From Patescibacteria group bacterium (lineage in GTDB: Bacteria; Patescibacteriota; Minisyncoccia; Moranbacterales; DUUL01), in the NCBI GenBank assembly GCA_015493225.1, contig WGDO01000032.1, positions 1 through 58,234 of the forward strand: DNA of 58,234 nucleotides, written 5' to 3'. Shown here one piece after another: positions 8,519 through 18,185 of the stretch. The translations under genes were made by a program, and so were the position numbers. The notes under the pieces were generated by a model. It was not told the origin of the DNA and made no database searches. It saw only the letters and a list, made by a program, of their open reading frames with translations. Within the stretch, counting starts at the first letter, position 1. The number at the start of each line of letters is the position of its first letter.

Positions 8519-11002
8519 ATGACAAAAACACAATTAAATAATGAAAATCATACCGAGCAGGACAGTCCCCAAAAAATATCAAAACTAATAGGGGCTTTAA
8601 TAGCAGTTTTATTAATCAGCATTTTGGGGGCAGGTATTATCTTAGCTCAGAGAAATGGTTTATTGAATTCTTTTATTGCCAAAATAAAACATATTCAACA
8701 AAATAATAAAATAGATAAAACAGAAAAAGCAAATAAACTTGCCAGCGGTGATGAAAAAAATAACATTCCAGAAAAAATAGAAAAAAAACAACTTGGTTTT
8801 CCCGCCTTCAATTACAAACCATCAGAAGTTACACCAAAAATTCCCAAGTATAAAATTTCCCTAGATGAATTAACAAATTTAAAATTTTTTACCGCTAAGC
8901 CTGAAGACCCAGAATATAAACCATTGGAAATGAATACAGCCAGGGAGAATGCTCTAATAAAAAATGGTTTTTTTATTACTCTAGATAAAGATAAATTTTT
9001 TAATACCGATGCAGATGCTAATACTGGTCGGGTGGATGATTGGACAGACCTCTATGAATACATTGGTGGTAGCTCTGATAAACATTATAGACGACCAGAA
9101 AATTCCATTTTTATTACCAGTGATTTTGCTTTGCATCTCTATCATCGTTTACTAGATAAAGAATTTAAATATATTGAACAGAAAGAATTTTATCCACGTT
9201 TAGAAAAAATAACAAACAGAATGTTTAATTCTAGCGTAGAGGCTTATCAAAAAACTAACAATAAAAAAGCAAAAGAAAGCTACCAGCGATTAATCGCTTA
9301 TTTTGCTATACCAAAAGCAATTTTAAATTCAGCAAATAATTTCTCCGAAAAAGGACTAATTAATGATGATAAATCAGATAGTGATGAAAATATATTGACA
9401 GAGTTGGAAAAAATCAAGGGTCAAATGCTAGTTGAATCATATCAAATTGCTAAAACTGAAATAGAGAGAATCAATAAGGGTGAAGGAATGGCAAATTCTT
9501 CTTTGTTTGGTAAATATTATCAAGCTAAAGACTTAGACATTAAAGAAGATTATACTCAATTTGTGCCACGTAGTCACTATGAAGAAAATCCAATATTACG
9601 TTCTTATTTTAAAACAATGATGTGGTATGGCCGAAGTAACTTTGTGGTAGCTAGTCCGGAATTAACCAGGGATGCTATGAATATCACCCTGTTAATGAAA
9701 GATAATAATTTATTAGATGATTGGCAAGAAATTTATTTGCCAACCGTATTTTTTGTCGGTAAGAGTGATGACTTAGGATTGGCAGAATATCAAAAAGCTT
9801 TAGATAGTCATCCAGAATTGCATCCAGGAGATCAGTTAACCGCTCAACTCCAAAAAGATATTGCCGAAATGCCTCAGCCGAAAATTATGTCAACTGTTTT
9901 TGGGGAAATTAATAATAGAGATAAAGAAGGCTTGAAAAATGCTACTAAGGGATTTCGTTTTATGGGTCAGCGATTTGTACCCGATGCTTTTATTTTTTCA
10001 ACTTTAACCCAGGGAGTTGAACCAGCAGATCCAGAAACAGGAGAAAGTTTACCCAGTACTCCCACAGCCCTAATGGTGGTATCTTTATTAGGTAACAAAA
10101 CGGCCTATAATTATCTACAACAATGGATAAATACGGAAGCTCCTAATTCAAAAAGAGTTTTAGCCAAAAAATATACTGAACTGGAAAACTCATTTAATAA
10201 ACTCACCGAAGATGATTGGACTCAAAATATTTATTGGGGCTGGCTATATACCTTAAAAGCATTTAACAATGATTTTATTTCCGAAGAGGGTTATCCTCAG
10301 TTTATGAAAAATAAAAATTGGAATGATAAATCTTTGCAGGCAAGTCTAGGCTCTTGGACAGAATTAAAGCACGATACCTTATTATATGCCAAACAATCCT
10401 ATGCCGAAATGGGTGGAGGTTATGATGAATATAAAGACATCCCGCCGGTTCCAAAGGGTTACGTTGAGCCAAACATCGAATTTTGGGATAAATTAATTGC
10501 TTTGGCAGAGATGACTAAAAATGGCTTGCAAAGTGGGGATTTACTCCCTCAGGAATTTTCTGGTAGAAATGATAAATTATTATCAGGATTTAAATTTATG
10601 AGAGATATTGCTATTAAAGAATTGAATAATCAAAAAATCAGTGATGATGAATTTGAGCAACTACGCTTGATTGCCGGTAATATGGAAAATGTGATTTTAC
10701 CATTACCCTCAGAAACACAATTGGAAAAAAATGCCCGTTCAGGACTTATTGCCGATGTGCACACCGATGCGGTTAAACATCAAATACTTTATGAAGCTGA
10801 TGCCATACCAAATTATATTTATGTGGCAGTTAAAGATGTCAACGGGACAAGATTGACCAAAGGATTAGTTTTTTCTCAAAGAGAGTTTACAGCTCCTTTG
10901 CAAAAACGACTTACCGACACTGATTGGCAAAAGCAAGTTTATTCAGAGAGCACAAAAAATTTACCATCTTTACCAACCTGGTCCAAAAATTTAATGCCTT
11001 AA
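8519..11002 (+). CDS. DUF3160 domain membrane-anchored protein
   Basis: N-terminal TM; IFITSD, EDYTQFVPRSHY, YFKTMMWYGR, WTELKHDTLLYAKQ and GYVEPN motifs. Confidence 0.85.
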   Translation: MTKTQLNNENHTEQDSPQKISKLIGALIAVLLISILGAGIILAQRNGLLNSFIAKIKHIQQNNKIDKTEKANKLASGDEKNNIPEKIEKKQLGFPAFNYKPSEVTPKIPKYKISLDELTNLKFFTAKPEDPEYKPLEMNTARENALIKNGFFITLDKDKFFNTDADANTGRVDDWTDLYEYIGGSSDKHYRRPENSIFITSDFALHLYHRLLDKEFKYIEQKEFYPRLEKITNRMFNSSVEAYQKTNNKKAKESYQRLIAYFAIPKAILNSANNFSEKGLINDDKSDSDENILTELEKIKGQMLVESYQIAKTEIERINKGEGMANSSLFGKYYQAKDLDIKEDYTQFVPRSHYEENPILRSYFKTMMWYGRSNFVVASPELTRDAMNITLLMKDNNLLDDWQEIYLPTVFFVGKSDDLGLAEYQKALDSHPELHPGDQLTAQLQKDIAEMPQPKIMSTVFGEINNRDKEGLKNATKGFRFMGQRFVPDAFIFSTLTQGVEPADPETGESLPSTPTALMVVSLLGNKTAYNYLQQWINTEAPNSKRVLAKKYTELENSFNKLTEDDWTQNIYWGWLYTLKAFNNDFISEEGYPQFMKNKNWNDKSLQASLGSWTELKHDTLLYAKQSYAEMGGGYDEYKDIPPVPKGYVEPNIEFWDKLIALAEMTKNGLQSGDLLPQEFSGRNDKLLSGFKFMRDIAIKELNNQKISDDEFEQLRLIAGNMENVILPLPSETQLEKNARSGLIADVHTDAVKHQILYEADAIPNYIYVAVKDVNGTRLTKGLVFSQREFTAPLQKRLTDTDWQKQVYSESTKNLPSLPTWSKNLMP

Positions 11003-11006
11003 TTTA

Positions 11007-11966
11007 ATGAATAGGCTAAATAAAATTTTTATATTTGTTATAGGGGCAGGTATAGTTATCAGCGGTTATTATTGGTGGCAAAGTGGATTGAAAAATAAAA
11101 CCATAAATAAAGACGGACAAAATAACACTGTTAAAAAAGAAAACATCATCAAAACTTCTTCTCATAATTCAGAAGGCAAATCTCTGCATAGTTTCTTTAA
11201 TCAAAAAGAAGATTATTTAGAAGCATTTGCATCCTGTGATAAAATGCAACGGATAAATTTTACTAGTTCTCCCAGAGTTGGCATTGTTTCCCATCATTTT
11301 TTAGCCAAGAATAGCATTGCTTGTTTTTTTGATAATTTTCCAAATAAAAACAAAATTACAACTATTATTTTAATTGGCCCAGATCATTTTCATTCTTTTG
11401 GGGAAAAACAATCTTTGTTTTTTACAACTAAAACAAAATGGTCTACTCCTTTTGGAAATTTATTACCAGAGGATAAAATTATTAATAATTTATTGAAAAA
11501 TAAATTAGTTATGGAGAATAATCCGGTTTTTCAAACCGAGCATTCTATTTACACAGAAATACCTTTTATCAAAAAAGCATTTCCCCAGGCTAAGGTTGTC
11601 CCGCTGATTGTTAAAAATAATTTTGATTATACTACTTTTCAAGATTTTGGGAGAAAGATATTGGCGCCGTTAATTAAAAAGAACTCTTTGATTATAGTTA
11701 GTAGTGATTTTACGCATCACAGTACAAACAAAGAAGCTCGCCAAATAGACAGAAAAAGTTTGGAGGCTTTAGAAAATCTATCAATTAAAACTTTGCCAAA
11801 AATAACTTCCGATTGCCGGGCTTGTCTGGCGTTGATGTCAGGTTGTTTACTAAAAGAAAATGGCAAGGATAACAATAAGCATTTTAAGTTATTTGCTAAT
11901 CAAAATTCCACCGACTTCGGCGGGGAAGATAAAAATGTTACCAGTTACATATTTGGATATTATTAA
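11007..11966 (+). CDS. MEMO1/AmmeMemoRadiSam protein B-like protein with N-terminal anchor
   Basis: GIVSHH, LIGPDH, WSTPFG, EHS and IVSSDFTH motifs. Confidence 0.8.
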   Translation: MNRLNKIFIFVIGAGIVISGYYWWQSGLKNKTINKDGQNNTVKKENIIKTSSHNSEGKSLHSFFNQKEDYLEAFASCDKMQRINFTSSPRVGIVSHHFLAKNSIACFFDNFPNKNKITTIILIGPDHFHSFGEKQSLFFTTKTKWSTPFGNLLPEDKIINNLLKNKLVMENNPVFQTEHSIYTEIPFIKKAFPQAKVVPLIVKNNFDYTTFQDFGRKILAPLIKKNSLIIVSSDFTHHSTNKEARQIDRKSLEALENLSIKTLPKITSDCRACLALMSGCLLKENGKDNNKHFKLFANQNSTDFGGEDKNVTSYIFGYY

Positions 11967-12008
11967 TGAAATAAACTTAAGAATAATTAATAATTAAAAT
12001 AACTAGCT

Positions 12009-14390
12009 ATGAAATCAGAAGAGATAAAAAGATTGGGAATTAGTAGTTCGCAAAAGTATTATAATTATCTCTCTGAAAATGGTCAGGGTGTTGTAATAAT
12101 TAATATTATTGATAAATCTAGAAGAGGAGAAATTTTTAAATTTAGTCTAAATAGAAAAATACACAATATTGAAATGATTGAGTTTGAAATATCTGGAGAG
12201 CAAATTGATTCAGATAGAATTAAGATTATTGAGTACGATAGGGATAATAACACACTCACAGTAAAGCCCATTAAGAATTTACAAGAACAGTTTAGGAAAT
12301 TACACAATGATGAGATAAGGATTATTTCAGATTTAAAATTTCTTATTAAGCGAGTAGAAGATTGGTATGAAAAGCATGGAGATGAAATCAAAATTCCCTC
12401 TCCAGGTGTTTCACTACATATTAATACCCCAACAAATGAAGATTTTTTCCCTGAGATGATGCCATCACCTGATCAAAGATTGGGTATAGAGGCAATTTTT
12501 AATAGTCCATTGAACTATGTTTGGGGAGCACCAGGCACAGGGAAAACGCAGTTAGTACTTGCATATTCTCTCATTCAATATATACGTTCAGGAAAGAAAG
12601 TAGCTATTTTTGCTGCCACAAATAATGCCTTAGAGCAGATTTTATACGGCGTACTAAAGATGACTAAAGAAGCAGGGATTGAAGATAGTAAAATTCTCCG
12701 ATTAGGAACTCCTTCGAGTAAATTCGCTCAAGAACATCCTAATTCTTGTGAATCAATAGGAGTCCAACGAAGGATAAGTGAACTTAATAATCAAATTGAA
12801 ATTATCAAGAAAGGTATAGAACACAAGGAGCTATTTGAAGCCTTAAAGATAATTAAAGACAAAAGTCAAGAAATATTTTCTCAATTTGAAGAGGTATATA
12901 TACAAAAAGAGAAAATTCGACTAGGTATGAAATCAATAAAGGAGAATATTCTACATTCACAATATGTATTGGATAAGTTGCAACTGCAAGTATTAGAATT
13001 AGAGGAAAATATTAAACAAAAAGAAAAAATTAAGGCAGCTTTCTCATATAGGCTCAAGAAATTATTTACTAAAAATATAAATCTAGAGATAGAACTCAGA
13101 GAAGAAAGAATTAGATTATACGAAATCAAAAATGAGAGCAATATAAAAGAAGATGAAGTTAGTATCCTTAGGCGACAGTACAAGGAATTGGAAATAGAGC
13201 ATAATGATTCATCGGAGAGTGTAAAACTAATTGAAGATATTCAAAGTCTTTGTGCCAACAATGAGCAGATAGAAGAAATCGTTTCCAGTATAACATTGCA
13301 GAATTATCAAAGTATTCAAAATAATTTGAACGCGTATGTACAGGAGTATAATGAGATGTTGATTACAGAAAAGTACATTAGATTAACAGAGCAAGAACTG
13401 TTAAAAAAATTAAAAAATCTGGAGTCTAAAAAAAATAATCTTGAATCAGATAGTACAGAAAGTGTAGAGAAAGCCAATGTTATTGCACTTACTTTAGATT
13501 GTTATATTGGTAGATACCAGGACAAAGAACTACCTGCCGAGCATTATTTTCTTGATGAGGCTGGGTACGCTAGTCTGATCAAAGCACTTACACTTTTCAG
13601 AAGAAATATCCCTATTACGTTATTGGGTGATCATATGCAATTACCACCTGTTTGTGAAATGAATGATAGTAACATAGAAGAGGATAATCAAGATATTTTT
13701 ATGTGGGCACAATCATCTTTGTATGCTGAATGGATTTTTACAAAGGAGAGTCAAGAAACATTTCTAGATTATTCTAAAAGGAACCCTTACGTTTTTAATA
13801 GAACAAAAAAAATAGATTTATTGCATACATATCGATTTGGAGCAGCATTGGCGCACAAATTGGACGAGTTTGTTTATCAGAATGGATTTGTTGCACATGA
13901 CCAAATTGGAGAGACGGGGGTTTATTATGTAGATGCACCGCACACTAGTCCACAATCACCAGCAATTGTTAATGGTCACGAAACTCATTCACCTTCAAGG
14001 GAAAATCAAGCTGAGGCTTCTAAGATTCGTGAATTAGTTGGTGACCTTGATGAAAACAGTTTTGCTATTCTAACACCCTATAGAAAACAGGCAACACTCA
14101 TTGAAAATGAATTGCCAGGGGCAAGGCGTAACCAAAGAATCATGACAATACACGGATCTCAAGGGAAAGAATGGGATGACGTAGTTTTAAGTGTTGTCGA
14201 TACAGACAGAATGTATTTTGTTAATACTCTTAATAGGCAGATTAGAGGTCTTAATATTTTAAATACAGCGGTAAGTAGGGCAAGGAAAAGATTATTTATT
14301 GTTTGTAACTACAATTTTTGGATTAGGCAAGATAATCAACTAATTAAAGGACTTTTAGAGACGGCAACACCAGCGGAAAATATTGAATAA
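12009..14390 (+). CDS. superfamily 1 (UPF1/DNA2-like) helicase with long coiled-coil insertion
   Basis: Walker A GAPGTGKT, Walker B DEAG, GDHMQLPP, YRF, ILTPYRKQ, TIHGSQGKEWD and LNTAVSRAR. Confidence 0.88.
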   Translation: MKSEEIKRLGISSSQKYYNYLSENGQGVVIINIIDKSRRGEIFKFSLNRKIHNIEMIEFEISGEQIDSDRIKIIEYDRDNNTLTVKPIKNLQEQFRKLHNDEIRIISDLKFLIKRVEDWYEKHGDEIKIPSPGVSLHINTPTNEDFFPEMMPSPDQRLGIEAIFNSPLNYVWGAPGTGKTQLVLAYSLIQYIRSGKKVAIFAATNNALEQILYGVLKMTKEAGIEDSKILRLGTPSSKFAQEHPNSCESIGVQRRISELNNQIEIIKKGIEHKELFEALKIIKDKSQEIFSQFEEVYIQKEKIRLGMKSIKENILHSQYVLDKLQLQVLELEENIKQKEKIKAAFSYRLKKLFTKNINLEIELREERIRLYEIKNESNIKEDEVSILRRQYKELEIEHNDSSESVKLIEDIQSLCANNEQIEEIVSSITLQNYQSIQNNLNAYVQEYNEMLITEKYIRLTEQELLKKLKNLESKKNNLESDSTESVEKANVIALTLDCYIGRYQDKELPAEHYFLDEAGYASLIKALTLFRRNIPITLLGDHMQLPPVCEMNDSNIEEDNQDIFMWAQSSLYAEWIFTKESQETFLDYSKRNPYVFNRTKKIDLLHTYRFGAALAHKLDEFVYQNGFVAHDQIGETGVYYVDAPHTSPQSPAIVNGHETHSPSRENQAEASKIRELVGDLDENSFAILTPYRKQATLIENELPGARRNQRIMTIHGSQGKEWDDVVLSVVDTDRMYFVNTLNRQIRGLNILNTAVSRARKRLFIVCNYNFWIRQDNQLIKGLLETATPAENIE

Positions 14391-14447
14391 TAGTATTTAT
14401 TGATAAGTAACATATTTTTATTTACAATTGACATAATTGACACAATG

Positions 14448-14476
14448 TTGACGAGGATTGTTTTATAGGGTATATT
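14448..14476 (+). promoter_or_regulatory. sigma70 promoter of the glyQS leader
   Basis: TTGACG-N17-TATATT. Confidence 0.7.
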
Positions 14477-14482
14477 AATAAA

Positions 14483-14634
14483 TGAAAGGAGATTGGAACC
14501 TTTTGTCAGTTTATAAAAAAGGTGTCCAGCTGTTTTGGAATAGCTGGGAAACTAGATGGAACCGCGAGAATCTCTCGTTCTAGTAACCAAAAATACTTTT
14601 TAGTATTTTGGTTATGAGAACGAGGGATTTTTTT
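14483..14634 (+). promoter_or_regulatory. T-box riboswitch leader (atypically short)
   Basis: Antiterminator ACTAGA-[TGGAACC]-GCGAGA...TCTCGT-TCTAGT (14551-14584) overlapping a terminator (14570-14634), upstream of an aminoacyl-tRNA synthetase. Confidence 0.8.
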
Positions 14635-14784
14635 GTTAATAATTTGTACAGTCCTCAAAGTCTATAAACCAGGCATTTGCCGGTCAAGAGTCTGTAAAGT
14701 AGAAATCTTAAAATAGCCAAAAATGATTTTAAAATCATTCAAGAAGTTGTGAAAAGTATTTAAAATAATTATTAAATCAAACCC

Positions 14785-16227
14785 ATGAGTAAAAATCAAG
14801 AAGACATGTCCAGCGAAGCTCCAGCGAAGTTGGAAAATAAACAAGATGATAAATTAATGGAAAAAATAGTCAGTTTTGCGAAACGGCGAGGATTTGTTTT
14901 TCCGTCCAGTGAAATTTATGGTGGCTTCGGAGCGGTTTATGACTATGGTCCCTATGGTGTAGAGTTGGCTAAAAATATCAAGGAATCCTGGTGGAAGGCC
15001 ATGGTGCAAGAAAACGAAAACATTGTCGGTTTGGATGCCAGTATTTTTATGAGTCCAAAAGTTTGGGAGGCCTCAGGCCACGTCAGCGGTTTTAGTGACC
15101 CTTTGGCAGAATGTAAACAATGTCATTCCAGAATAAGAGTTGATCATTTATTAGAAGATGCCGGTATATTTGCCGATGAAAAAATGACCGAAGAAGAAAT
15201 AAATAAATTATTAAATGAAAACAAGGATAAATTAAAATGTCCAAAATGCGGAACAAAGGGAAAATTTACCGAAGCAAAAAGTTTCAATCTTCTGGTACAA
15301 TCAAATCTAGGAAACTTTACTGGAGATTGGGACAAGGAACCAACTTATTTAAGAGGAGAAACTTGTCAAGGAATTTATGTTAATTTCAAAAATGTTTTGG
15401 ATTCCACCCGGGTAAAAATTCCTTTTGGCATTGCTCAAATTGGTAAAGCCTTTAGAAATGAAATTACCGCCCGTCAATTCATTTTTCGTAAGAGAGAATT
15501 TGAGCAAATGGAAATGCAAATGTTTACTCACCCCGATGAGGATATGAAAATTTATGAAGAGTGGCGAGAACGAAGATGGCAATATTATTTAGACCTAGGA
15601 ATTAAAGAAGAAAATTTACAATGGCATAAACATGAAAATTTAGTTTTTTACGCCAAAGCCGCCTGGGACATTGAATATAAATTCCCATTTGGTTTTAAAG
15701 AGTTGGAAGGAATTCATGCTCGAGGAGATTATGATTTAACTCAACATAGTAAATTTTCTGGAAAAAAATTAGAATATCGGGACCCCCAAACAAATGAAGT
15801 TTATACTCCCCATGTGGTGGAAACTTCAGTAGGGACAGATAGAACTTTTTTAGCAGTTCTCACTGAAGCATTTAGGGAAGAAGATTTAGGTGAAGGGAAG
15901 AGCCGAATAGTTTTAAAACTACCAAAGAAATTAGCACCAATCAAAGTAGCCGTTTTTCCTTTGATGAAAAATAAACCAGAGTTAGTGAAAAAAGCCAAGG
16001 AAATTTTTGATAAATTAAAAATGGAAATGATGTGTGAATTTGATGACAATGGAAATGTGGGGAAGCGATATCGTCGCCAAGATGAAATAGGAACGCCTTA
16101 TTGTGTAACAGTTGATTTTGATACTTTAGAAACCAATGAGGTAACCGTGCGTAATCGAGATACAATGGAACAAGAGAAAGTGAAAGTTGAAGAATTGGAA
16201 AAATGGCTAAAGAAAAAATTCAGCTAG
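14785..16227 (+). CDS. glyQS: glycine--tRNA ligase (alpha2 type)
   Basis: KRRGFVFPSSEIYGG, LRGETCQGI, QIGKAFRNEI, REFEQME and GKRYRRQDEIGTP. Confidence 0.96.
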   Translation: MSKNQEDMSSEAPAKLENKQDDKLMEKIVSFAKRRGFVFPSSEIYGGFGAVYDYGPYGVELAKNIKESWWKAMVQENENIVGLDASIFMSPKVWEASGHVSGFSDPLAECKQCHSRIRVDHLLEDAGIFADEKMTEEEINKLLNENKDKLKCPKCGTKGKFTEAKSFNLLVQSNLGNFTGDWDKEPTYLRGETCQGIYVNFKNVLDSTRVKIPFGIAQIGKAFRNEITARQFIFRKREFEQMEMQMFTHPDEDMKIYEEWRERRWQYYLDLGIKEENLQWHKHENLVFYAKAAWDIEYKFPFGFKELEGIHARGDYDLTQHSKFSGKKLEYRDPQTNEVYTPHVVETSVGTDRTFLAVLTEAFREEDLGEGKSRIVLKLPKKLAPIKVAVFPLMKNKPELVKKAKEIFDKLKMEMMCEFDDNGNVGKRYRRQDEIGTPYCVTVDFDTLETNEVTVRNRDTMEQEKVKVEELEKWLKKKFS

Positions 16228-16235
16228 AGTAAATT

Positions 16236-16265
16236 TTGACAAAAAATTATCTAGAGGGCTATAAT
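16236..16265 (+). promoter_or_regulatory. sigma70 promoter
   Basis: TTGACA-N18-TATAAT. Confidence 0.55.
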
Positions 16266-16299
16266 TAAGAATCTTAAGAAGTAACTAAAAAAACAAAAA

Positions 16300-17124
16300 A
16301 TGAAAAAAACATATTACAACGGAAAAATAATTTCGGAAGATGAGGTGAAAATTAATTTTAATGACTTGGGGTTTGCACGGGGATATGGGGTTTTTGACGC
16401 CATGAGAACAGTAGAGGGACACCCATTTTTATTGAAGGCACATTTTAAGAGATTACAAAATTCCGCTAAGTTGTTAAATATTAATCTCAAATTATCTTTA
16501 TCTGAATTAGTCGGAATCGTTAATGAATTATTAGTATTAAATAAAAATATATTTTCTAATAACGATGTAACTATTCGTACAACCGTTACTGGCGGAGTGT
16601 CATCAAATGGTTTAAAGATGGACGATGAACCAACAGTCTTGATAACCATAAATGACTTAAGTCTAGTCACCCCAGATAAAGAATTATATAAAACGGGGGC
16701 TAAAATTATTACCATTGATTTTCAAAGAATAATGCCGGAGGCCAAAACTACTAATTATCTGACTGCTATTTTGCACCAAAAAGACAAAGAGGAAAGTGGA
16801 GCAACAGAAATTGTTTATCACCATAATGATTTATTATTAGAAGGAGCCACCAGTAATATTTTTATTGTTAAAAATGGAGAATTTATTACTCCTGATAAAA
16901 ATGTACTTTCCGGAACAACTCGAAATTTGGTCGTTAAATTATTATCAGAAGCAGGAGAAGTAACAGAAAAACGAAATGTTAAAATAGAAGAGTTGTTTGA
17001 GGCCGATGAAGTTTTTTTAACTGGTACATTTAAGGGTGTTTTGCCAATAACTAAAGTTAATGATAAAATGATTGGAGATGGGCAGGTAGGAGAGAAGACG
17101 AAGTTGGCGATGGAGTTAATATAA
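16300..17124 (+). CDS. class IV PLP-dependent aminotransferase (IlvE/Dat/PabC family)
   Basis: RGYGVFD, HFKRL, AKTTNY, EGATSNIF, LSGTTR and ADEVFLTGT. Confidence 0.9.
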   Translation: MKKTYYNGKIISEDEVKINFNDLGFARGYGVFDAMRTVEGHPFLLKAHFKRLQNSAKLLNINLKLSLSELVGIVNELLVLNKNIFSNNDVTIRTTVTGGVSSNGLKMDDEPTVLITINDLSLVTPDKELYKTGAKIITIDFQRIMPEAKTTNYLTAILHQKDKEESGATEIVYHHNDLLLEGATSNIFIVKNGEFITPDKNVLSGTTRNLVVKLLSEAGEVTEKRNVKIEELFEADEVFLTGTFKGVLPITKVNDKMIGDGQVGEKTKLAMELI

Positions 17125-17195
17125 CTGGAAGGTTATAAATTATGGATTTGCCGACTAAGAGTCTGTAAAATTTATAAAGTATAAAGTTGAGATTA

Positions 17196-17349
17196 AATTT
17201 TAATTTGTAATTTGTAAATTTTAATTCAATTTTAAATAATCTAATTTTAAATGTTTAAAACAAGCTGCGAGTTACCGATCGTTAATTATTCATTTAAAAA
17301 TTTACACAATTAGATTTGAATTAAAATTTACAAATTACAAATTAAAATT
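17196..17349. mobile_element. 154-bp MITE-like element (second copy)
   Basis: Perfect ~33-bp terminal inverted repeats; colinear with 2468-2621. Confidence 0.72.
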
Positions 17350-17391
17350 ATTCTCAAATAGAAATTCATAATTCATAATTCATAATTACAA

Positions 17392-18075
17392 ATGCAACCT
17401 CTAGTTATTTTTGACATTGACGGAACAATTTTTCGTAAAAATTTACACTTTGAGTTAATTAATCAATTAGTTTTGATGGGTGTTTTTCCGGAAAGCATAC
17501 GCAAAGAACTAACAACTTTATATTCTAAGTGGCTAGAGCACGAGGGAACCTATGGACAATATCGAGATGCTTTGGTAAAATTATATGCGGAAAATATTCC
17601 CGGCGTCACAGTGGACACTGTTAAAATTGCCAGTAAACGAATGATTGAATTCCATAAAAAGCGAACCTATATTTTTGCCGAACGATTAATTAAACATCTT
17701 CGAGAGAAGAATTATTATATTATTTCCGTCTCTGGTTCTCCCGAAGAAGCAGTGCAAGAATACAATAAAGTTCATCTACATTTTGATGAGGTATTTGGAA
17801 CAATGTACGAAGAAATAGAAGGAAAATATACTGGTAAAGAAAAAGAAACTCCAGTAGTGGACAAGAAAAAATTCGTAGAGAAATATATGAAGGAGAATAA
17901 TTTTAATAAAAAAGATTCCTATGGGATTGGGGATACGGAATCTGATGCTGGCTTTTTGGAATTAGTAGATAACCCCATTGCCTTTAATCCGGACAGTAAT
18001 TTAAAAAATATTGCCGAAGTGAAGAATTGGAAAATAAAGGTGGAGAGAAAGGATGTTGTCTACGATATAATCTAG
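17392..18075 (+). CDS. HAD-IB (SerB-like) hydrolase
   Basis: FDIDGT, VSGS, K and GDTESD motifs. Confidence 0.88.
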   Translation: MQPLVIFDIDGTIFRKNLHFELINQLVLMGVFPESIRKELTTLYSKWLEHEGTYGQYRDALVKLYAENIPGVTVDTVKIASKRMIEFHKKRTYIFAERLIKHLREKNYYIISVSGSPEEAVQEYNKVHLHFDEVFGTMYEEIEGKYTGKEKETPVVDKKKFVEKYMKENNFNKKDSYGIGDTESDAGFLELVDNPIAFNPDSNLKNIAEVKNWKIKVERKDVVYDII

Positions 18076-18185
18076 AAAATTCTACGAATTTTCTGAAAAT
18101 TTTAATTTGTAAATTTTAAATTTTAATTCAATGACTTAATTTTAAATGAAAAAATTATTTAAAAATTAAGTTATTAAGTATAAAG

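Noticed and set aside
8403-8582. N-terminal 60 aa of the ORF-track AhpD call
   Set aside because: Overlaps the divergent DUF3160 start and intergenic region; the family-like sequence begins at ATG 8402.
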